DNA of 64,000 bases from Acidimicrobiia bacterium (GTDB taxonomy: Bacteria > Actinomycetota > Acidimicrobiia > Acidimicrobiales > JANYDT01). Location: NCBI GenBank assembly GCA_031385545.1, contig JANNBN010000018.1:33463-97462 (forward strand), written 5' to 3'. Numbering within the stretch: position 1 is the stretch's first letter; each line of letters opens with the position of its first letter. The position numbers and the translations under genes were made by a program. This document shows positions 58,421 to 64,000 of this stretch, piece after piece. The notes beneath the pieces were generated by a model, which was given only the letters and a program-made list of their open reading frames with translations, was not told the origin of the DNA and ran no database searches.

Positions 58421-59809
58421 ATGACGACCGTCGGACAAACCCCCGCCCAAACTGGTCTGGTTACGCCTCGACGCCTTGTAGGCGCTGCAACCCTGATCGG
58501 TCTGTTGTTGGCCACCGTTGCGCTCGTGTCCCGAACGTCCGGCCCGGTGCAGCGTTCCACTGTTGTGGGAGCGTCGACACCGACGCAAGCGGACGCGTCA
58601 GCGATCGACTCTCCGTCACAGGTCAGCGCCTCTGATCCCGTTTCCCGAATTGGGGAACTCGAACAAACGGTGAAGACCAGCCCGACGGACGGGAAGAGCT
58701 GGCAGTCATTGGCCGGCGCCTATCTGCGGCGGGCATTCGAAACTGCGGACCCGTCGTATTATTTGCTCACTACGAATGCCCTCGACCGCACCGAGTCCAT
58801 CCTCGGCAAGACAGTCGAAGTGCACGTGTTGCGAGCGAACCTGATGCTCGCGCTGCATGATTTCACCGGAGCGCGCACCGAGGCCGACGCAGCGTTGGCC
58901 ATTCAGCCGACCAGCTTCGACGCAACGGTTGCGTTGACAGATGCGATGATCGAGACGGGTGACTACACGTCAGCGAGCGAACTCATCGCCACGCTGGTCG
59001 ATTTTCGACCAGGTGTCGCTTCGTTGTCGCGACTCTCGTACTTCCGCCAGCTCACCGGGGACATTCTCGGGGCCGAGGCTGCAATGCGCGCTGCGATTTC
59101 CGCTGCCCCTGCGGAATCCATCGACCGGGCCGTTGCTCTTGCCTACCTGGGAGAGATTCAACTGGAACGAGGAGTCGTCGATCCGGCTGACCGTTCCTTT
59201 ACCGAGGCGCTCCGGCTCAACCCTGCTTCCCCTGTTGCAGCAATCGGCAAGGCACATGTTCAAGCCGCGCGTCTGGACTGGGCCTCGGCTATCACGACGC
59301 TCGACGATCTCGTTGAACAAACACCTGCTCCAGGGGCATTTGGTCTGCGCGCAGACATTGCTCGGGCAACCGGCGATGCCGCCGGAGCGCGCGCCGCCGA
59401 CCAGTTGGTCGACGCCAGTATGGCGTTGCTGAAATCGAACGGCGCAACTGTTGACGCTGATCTGGCGATGCTGCTCGCAGACCGCGGTCCATCGTCTGCG
59501 CCGGATGCGCTGAAGGCGGCGGCTCAGGCGTACGCAGACCGGCAGACGATCTTCACAAACGATGCGATGGCCTGGGCACTTGCCCAGTCCGGTCGGACCG
59601 GCGAAGCGGTCCCGTATGCGGAAGCGGCGTTGATGACCAACCCACAGGTAGCGTCGATTCATTGGCACGCGGCCGTGATCTTCGATGCACAGGGAGACCG
59701 CAAGCGCGCCGCCCGTGAGCTGACCGCAGCAATGCGGAACCCGGCGTTCTCCCCGTCGCAGGCGGCTGCTGTCCGTGCGATGGCGCAGCGTTACGGACTT
59801 AAGTCGTAG
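58421..59809 (+). CDS. Membrane-anchored tetratricopeptide-repeat protein
   Basis: N-terminal TM helix and repeated Ala-rich helical units (LAGAYLRRA.ETADPSYY, DAMAWAL); follows the DUF4331 gene. Confidence 0.85.
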   Translation: MTTVGQTPAQTGLVTPRRLVGAATLIGLLLATVALVSRTSGPVQRSTVVGASTPTQADASAIDSPSQVSASDPVSRIGELEQTVKTSPTDGKSWQSLAGAYLRRAFETADPSYYLLTTNALDRTESILGKTVEVHVLRANLMLALHDFTGARTEADAALAIQPTSFDATVALTDAMIETGDYTSASELIATLVDFRPGVASLSRLSYFRQLTGDILGAEAAMRAAISAAPAESIDRAVALAYLGEIQLERGVVDPADRSFTEALRLNPASPVAAIGKAHVQAARLDWASAITTLDDLVEQTPAPGAFGLRADIARATGDAAGARAADQLVDASMALLKSNGATVDADLAMLLADRGPSSAPDALKAAAQAYADRQTIFTNDAMAWALAQSGRTGEAVPYAEAALMTNPQVASIHWHAAVIFDAQGDRKRAARELTAAMRNPAFSPSQAAAVRAMAQRYGLKS

Positions 59810-61091
59810 GGCAGAGGACCTCGGGACGAACCGGCAACTTCACAGGCCCGCGCAACGAGCCGGACTGTTTCCACTCGATCGTTTGCGGGTCGACCGTGTA
59901 GTCGCCGAACGCAGCAACGAACGCGCTCAGCCCGATGCGCATCTCCAATCGGGCCAGCGCTGCGCCGAGGCAGTGATGGATTCCGTGGCCGAACGAGATC
60001 GGCCGCGGGTTCTCGCGGTCGAGATGTAGTTCGTGTGCGTCGGGCCAACGGCGCGGGTCACGATTGGCAGCGCCCCACAGGATGGCGACTCGGGCACCAG
60101 GCTTAATCGTCTTCCCGCCGAGATGCATTTCCTTCGTCGCAACGCGGACTCCCGAGATGACCGACGTGTCGAACCGAATGAGTTCCTCGATGGCGTTGTC
60201 GCGCAGTTCGGGTGTTGCCCGGAACATCGTGCGCTGCAGCGGGTGAGCGGCAAGCGCGACGATGCTGTTGCCGAGCATTCCGGTTGTGGTCTCGTGCCCG
60301 GCGATCATGATGATCTGGATCATCGCAACCAGTTCTTCATCCGTCAGCGCGTCCCCTGCTTCGGCCTGGACGAGAGCGGAAATGAGATCGTCTCGCGGCT
60401 CGGCCCGGCGTTCGGCGGCGACAGATCTGAAGTAGCGGTCGAGGTCCGCGAAGTGCCCGCTCAGCACGTCCGGATCGAAGGTGAGGAACGGATCGATGAG
60501 GCTGGCTATCGCATCGGACACTTCTTTGAGCCAGTCCCAACGATCCCGCGGCAGGCCGAGGATGTCGCCGATGACGTAGATCGGGAGGCGTGTCGTGAAC
60601 CCGGCGACGACATCAGGTTCGTGGCTGGCCTTCATCGCGTCGATCAGCTCTTCGGCAACTGCGCGAACGCGGGTTTCCCAGCTGGCGATCTGCTTCGGCG
60701 TGAACGCACGACTGACCAATGAGCGGAGGCGAGTGTGGTCAGGAGGGTCGGTCAGCAGAACCCATTTGCTGAAGTTCGATTTCGCAAGGTCCGACAGCGC
60801 CGAATACGGCCGCACCACCAACAGCATGTCGACCACGTCGCTCACAGCTGTATCGCTGGACCGGAGCAGCTCCTGGGTCTCTTCGTATCCAAGCACCATC
60901 CACTGGCCGAAAACCTTGTGGAAGAACACCGGCCCGTTGACCCACAGCCTGTCTGTTCTCGGGTACGGATCGATAGAGAACTCGGGCGCAAACGGGTTCT
61001 CGGTGCGAGCCAGCCCGAACACGATCTTCGACAGCCGTTGCCGTTTCGCCACCTGCCTGACGAGTGGTATCAGCACCTGCTCGACCCGCAT
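59799..61091 (-). CDS. Cytochrome P450
   Basis: DPPDHTRLR, AGHETT, EELIR and FGHGIHHCLG motifs. Confidence 0.96.
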   Translation of the reverse strand: MRVEQVLIPLVRQVAKRQRLSKIVFGLARTENPFAPEFSIDPYPRTDRLWVNGPVFFHKVFGQWMVLGYEETQELLRSSDTAVSDVVDMLLVVRPYSALSDLAKSNFSKWVLLTDPPDHTRLRSLVSRAFTPKQIASWETRVRAVAEELIDAMKASHEPDVVAGFTTRLPIYVIGDILGLPRDRWDWLKEVSDAIASLIDPFLTFDPDVLSGHFADLDRYFRSVAAERRAEPRDDLISALVQAEAGDALTDEELVAMIQIIMIAGHETTTGMLGNSIVALAAHPLQRTMFRATPELRDNAIEELIRFDTSVISGVRVATKEMHLGGKTIKPGARVAILWGAANRDPRRWPDAHELHLDRENPRPISFGHGIHHCLGAALARLEMRIGLSAFVAAFGDYTVDPQTIEWKQSGSLRGPVKLPVRPEVLCPTT

Positions 61092-61169
61092 GATGACGCC
61101 TCCTGGACGGGACCCACCGTATCCGTAGCGGGCTGGCTACGCCGAGGAGTTCTTCAGGAATTTCAGCCG

Positions 61170-61242
61170 TGGACCGTGAGGGGCTCGAACCTCCGACATC
61201 TTGCTTGTAAGGCAAGCGCTCTACCAACTGAGCTAACGGTCC
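61170..61242 (-). tRNA. tRNA-Val (TAC)
   Basis: GGACCGT/ACGGTCC acceptor stem, AGCTCAGTTGGTAGAGC D-arm, CTTGC-CTTACAA-GCAAG anticodon arm, GGTTCGA T-loop; CCA not encoded. Confidence 0.97.
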
Positions 61243-61438
61243 TTGTAGAAGTCGCCCAGTGTAGAGGAAGCGGGATCGCGGTCCGCTCGATACAGTCCTG
61301 GCTCCTCGTCCAGCACGGCGCAGACCTCAACGCAGCGTTCGTGGGTCCCCACTCCGAGACTGCGCTGCACATCTCACTCCGCAGCTCGCAACGGCCACAG
61401 GGAGCTCAGCGAGTTCCTCACTCAGCCATGACCAACGA

Positions 61439-61493
61439 GTGGGTGTCTCCAGCAGCTTCGGGTGTCTCCAGCAGCCATGCTGGAGACACCCAC
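61439..61493. repeat. Hairpin with a duplicated left arm
   Basis: gggtgtctccagcagc occurs twice at a 19-bp period, followed by the inverted arm tgctggagacacccac. Confidence 0.75.
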
Positions 61494-61610
61494 ACCTGCT
61501 CAGCACGCCCACTCAAGCTGAACCGCCTTGCACAGGTCTCGACGGGTCCGAGGACGTCGGTTCGATCGATTCATCTCCGTACGGACAGATCACCGACCCG
61601 GCAAAGGCGC

Positions 61611-61709
61611 ATCATCTCCGAAGTCCCCAAGACATCGACTCTCACGTTCGACAAGATGGTGCTCCGCGCTCCGAACAGCGCCGGCGACCTGGCGGTCACG
61701 ACGATCGGC
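61611..61709 (+). pseudogene. Remnant of a fatty-acyl-CoA ligase C-terminus
   Basis: Translates as IISEVPKTSTLTFDKMVLRAPNSAGDLAVTTI, resembling the A10 region (EVPKTSVGKFDKKVLR) but without the catalytic GK; no upstream ligase sequence. Confidence 0.5.
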
Positions 61710-61759
61710 AAAGCCTCACGCTGGATGGTGCAGCCTGGGTCGAGCAACCGAGAGCGGGG

Positions 61760-61885
61760 TTACTTCTCCCACGACTTGCGGGTTTCGGTCTGAGCAGACT
61801 GCTTTGCCTGCTTCGCAACCTTCTTCTCCTTGGCTGTCTTACCGACCTTTTTGTTGTTCGTCGATGATTTGTCTTTGTTTGCCAT
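61760..61885 (-). CDS. Small Lys-rich protein, 41 aa (not in the ORF track)
   Basis: MANKDKSSTNNKKVGKTAKEKKVAKQAKQSAQTETRKSWEK*; TAGGGT lies 6 nt before the ATG. Confidence 0.7.
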   Translation of the reverse strand: MANKDKSSTNNKKVGKTAKEKKVAKQAKQSAQTETRKSWEK

Positions 61886-62007
61886 GGTCGCACCCTACAG
61901 GGGGATCGCTGCGACCGGACCCCAGGAAGGCCGAGTACCGTAACTACGCTTACGATTCCGGGCAATCAGTGACCTTACGGATGCGATGACGCGGGCCAAA
62001 GCACACG

Positions 62008-63075
62008 ATGGCAGGCATGCTCACCATCGCACTTCGTGACCTCCAATGGCGTTCGCGTCGCATCGCCATCACCGTCGTCGGGGCGGCGCTTGTTCTCGCC
62101 CTCGCGCTCGTCATGTCGGGTTTGTCGGCCGGTTTCGACAACGAGTCGGCCCGAACCGTTGCAATTGCTCACGGCAGCGGATGGGTCATCGACCAGAACG
62201 GCACGGGGCCGTTCCTGCAGCCGAGTCCGCTCAGCAATGAAACGGTGTCTTCGATCCAGCGCGAAGTGGGCACCGACCACGCAGCACCGATCGTGTTTGC
62301 CCGCCAAAGCGTGCGAACGGACCGTGGTACGCCTCTGGGTGACCATCTCCATGTGAACCTCGTCGGCGTTGTGCCACAAGGACTTGGGGCACCGAAAGAG
62401 GTGGCCGGGTCGCCGCTTCGCTCCAGTGGGCAAGTGATCGTGGACGTCACCCTTGGGGCGGCGGTCGGTGACCGCATCCGGGTCGGCTCGTTGCTGATGA
62501 GCGTGGTTGGAACAGTCACGGGCGCACGCCTGCTGGCTGGCGTGCCGAACGTCTACGTCACCCTGGAAGACGCACGGACGCTCACCTTCAACGGCCAGCC
62601 GCTCGCCAGCGCAGTCGTGATCGACCGTACCGTGACGCCACCGAGGGGAACCAAGGTCCTGACGAACGGTGAGGCCCAGATCGACGGGCTGCGACCGGTG
62701 GTCAACGCGCAGAAAACCATCGCAATGGTGCGCTCGTTGCTGTGGCTGGTGGCCGCGCTCATCGTCGGCTCGGTGATGTATCTGGGTGTGCTGGAACGCA
62801 CACGGGACCTGGCCGTACTGAAAGGCATGGGAGCAACGTCGAAGTCGCTCGGTGTCGGGTTGGCGCTCCAATCTGCGCTGCTTGCGCTGCTTGCCTCGGT
62901 GATCGCCATCGGCCTCGCGATCCTCATCGCTCCCCTTTTCCCGCTCTCCGCGGAAATACCGGGCATTGCATTCGCAACGCTTCCCCTGCTTGCCGTCATC
63001 GTCGCCGGCATCGCAAGCATCGGTGCCGCTCGTCGCATCTTCTCCATCGAACCCGCCCTCGCCTTCGGAGCCTGA
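62008..63075 (+). CDS. ABC transporter permease (FtsX/MacB-like)
   Basis: ALRDLQWRSRR N-terminus, ERTRDLAVLKGMGA motif, 1+3 TM topology. Confidence 0.9.
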   Translation: MAGMLTIALRDLQWRSRRIAITVVGAALVLALALVMSGLSAGFDNESARTVAIAHGSGWVIDQNGTGPFLQPSPLSNETVSSIQREVGTDHAAPIVFARQSVRTDRGTPLGDHLHVNLVGVVPQGLGAPKEVAGSPLRSSGQVIVDVTLGAAVGDRIRVGSLLMSVVGTVTGARLLAGVPNVYVTLEDARTLTFNGQPLASAVVIDRTVTPPRGTKVLTNGEAQIDGLRPVVNAQKTIAMVRSLLWLVAALIVGSVMYLGVLERTRDLAVLKGMGATSKSLGVGLALQSALLALLASVIAIGLAILIAPLFPLSAEIPGIAFATLPLLAVIVAGIASIGAARRIFSIEPALAFGA

Positions 63076-63081
63076 ATCCAC

Positions 63082-63888
63082 ATGACACGCACTTCACCTC
63101 ACGCCGCAACACTTCCCGAATCCTTCGCCGGGCCGTCGCTGCCAGCAACCGCGCCGCTCGATCTGTTCGGCGGTACCGGCAACGCCAGCCGCGATCTGCA
63201 CCTCGTCGGCGTGAGCATCAGCTACCTCGCGACCGATCGCAGCCCGGTCACCCCGGTGACTGACTTGTCGCTCTACGCGCCGAGCGGAAGGATCACCGCC
63301 CTCGTCGGACGGTCAGGAACAGGCAAGACATCGATCCTGTCGTGCGTCGCAGCGACCCTCCGCCCGACCACTGGCCAGATCTGGCTCGGTGGCACCGACG
63401 TCGCAGCGCTGCAGGGAGCGGCGCTCGATGCGTATCGGCGGCGCAGTGTTGGCGTGGTTCATCAGGCCTACAACTTGATCCCCAGCCTCTCGGCGCAGGA
63501 GAACGTGATGGTGCCGATGGGCCTGGTCGGCACCTCGCGACGTGATTCCCTTGCTCGTTCCTCGGCGCTGCTGGCTCGACTTGGGCTTGCCGACCTCGCC
63601 CATCGTCGACCAGCTCAACTCTCCGGTGGCCAGCAGCAGCGCGTCGCAGTTGCCCGTGCGCTCGCGAACGATCCGGCGCTGGTGGTCGCCGACGAGCCGA
63701 CAGCACACCTCGATGGCGGCTCGGTCGACGAGGTCCGGTCGTTGCTGCGCTCCATCGCTGATGACGGTCGCACCGTGGTCATGTCGACCCACGACGATCG
63801 ACTGCTCGACGCAGCGGATCAGGTGGTGGTACTCGGACAATTCGACAACCCGACCGTCACAAGAGTGCCGAAGAAAACAGGTTCGTGA
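63082..63888 (+). CDS. ABC transporter ATP-binding protein (LolD/MacB-like)
   Basis: GRSGTGKT, LSGGQQQRVAVARAL, ADEPTAHLD and STHD motifs. Confidence 0.94.
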   Translation: MTRTSPHAATLPESFAGPSLPATAPLDLFGGTGNASRDLHLVGVSISYLATDRSPVTPVTDLSLYAPSGRITALVGRSGTGKTSILSCVAATLRPTTGQIWLGGTDVAALQGAALDAYRRRSVGVVHQAYNLIPSLSAQENVMVPMGLVGTSRRDSLARSSALLARLGLADLAHRRPAQLSGGQQQRVAVARALANDPALVVADEPTAHLDGGSVDEVRSLLRSIADDGRTVVMSTHDDRLLDAADQVVVLGQFDNPTVTRVPKKTGS

Positions 63889-63935
63889 CGGGTTGACGCC
63901 TACTTGTAACGCCGCCCGGCCTCTAGGTTTGCTGG

Positions 63936-64000
63936 GTGCCTGAAGGTCACACCATCCATCGCCTTGCGCTTGACCACAACCGGGACCTCGTGGGCAAAGC
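63936..64000 (+). CDS. Fpg/Nei-family DNA glycosylase, N-terminal fragment (runs off the window)
   Basis: GTG CCT GAA GGT CAC gives MPEGHTIHRLALDH, the Nei N-terminal Pro-Glu motif; TAGGTT lies 6 nt upstream. Confidence 0.8.
   Translation, partial: MPEGHTIHRLALDHNRDLVGK

Noticed and set aside
26813-61242. Genomic island bounded by the tRNAs
   Set aside because: I found no integrase and no duplicated tRNA 3' end, and the interval holds core genes (dnaG, rpoD, rsgA).

Overview
GC-rich (roughly 65%) actinobacterial chromosome segment; gene content and dnaG-rpoD linkage suggest Acidimicrobiia (inference). It holds about 53 CDS and two tRNAs (Cys-GCA, Val-TAC). I saw no integrase, transposase, cas gene or CRISPR array. 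Housekeeping and metabolic content: pstCAB with a PHO box plus a detached pstS, a vapBC-type pair, a rearranged sarcosine-oxidase-like cluster with a GcvT-family dehydrogenase, glgC/glgA, trehalase, dnaG-rpoD, a DEAD helicase, rsgA, an FeS-type photolyase, a P450 and several acyl-CoA enzymes. Most notable: (1) a secreted S8 protease ending in 22 Trp residues in exact 5-residue register (G-S/N-S-W repeats), tightly followed by a multi-TM GAF-GGDEF-EAL protein, a candidate protease/repeat-peptide to c-di-GMP signalling module; (2) a dispersed 65-66 bp repeat that is tandem between genes but sits as an exact in-frame 66-bp insert in one enzyme gene; (3) a second dispersed family of nested CAACGTTG inverted-repeat elements with 21-bp periodicity; (4) a lipoprotein-DUF4331-TPR operon behind a SigK-like promoter. 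Features missed by the ORF track include a 41-aa Lys-rich protein, a CoA-ligase remnant and the start of a Nei glycosylase. All calls come from reading motifs by eye; no database search was run.
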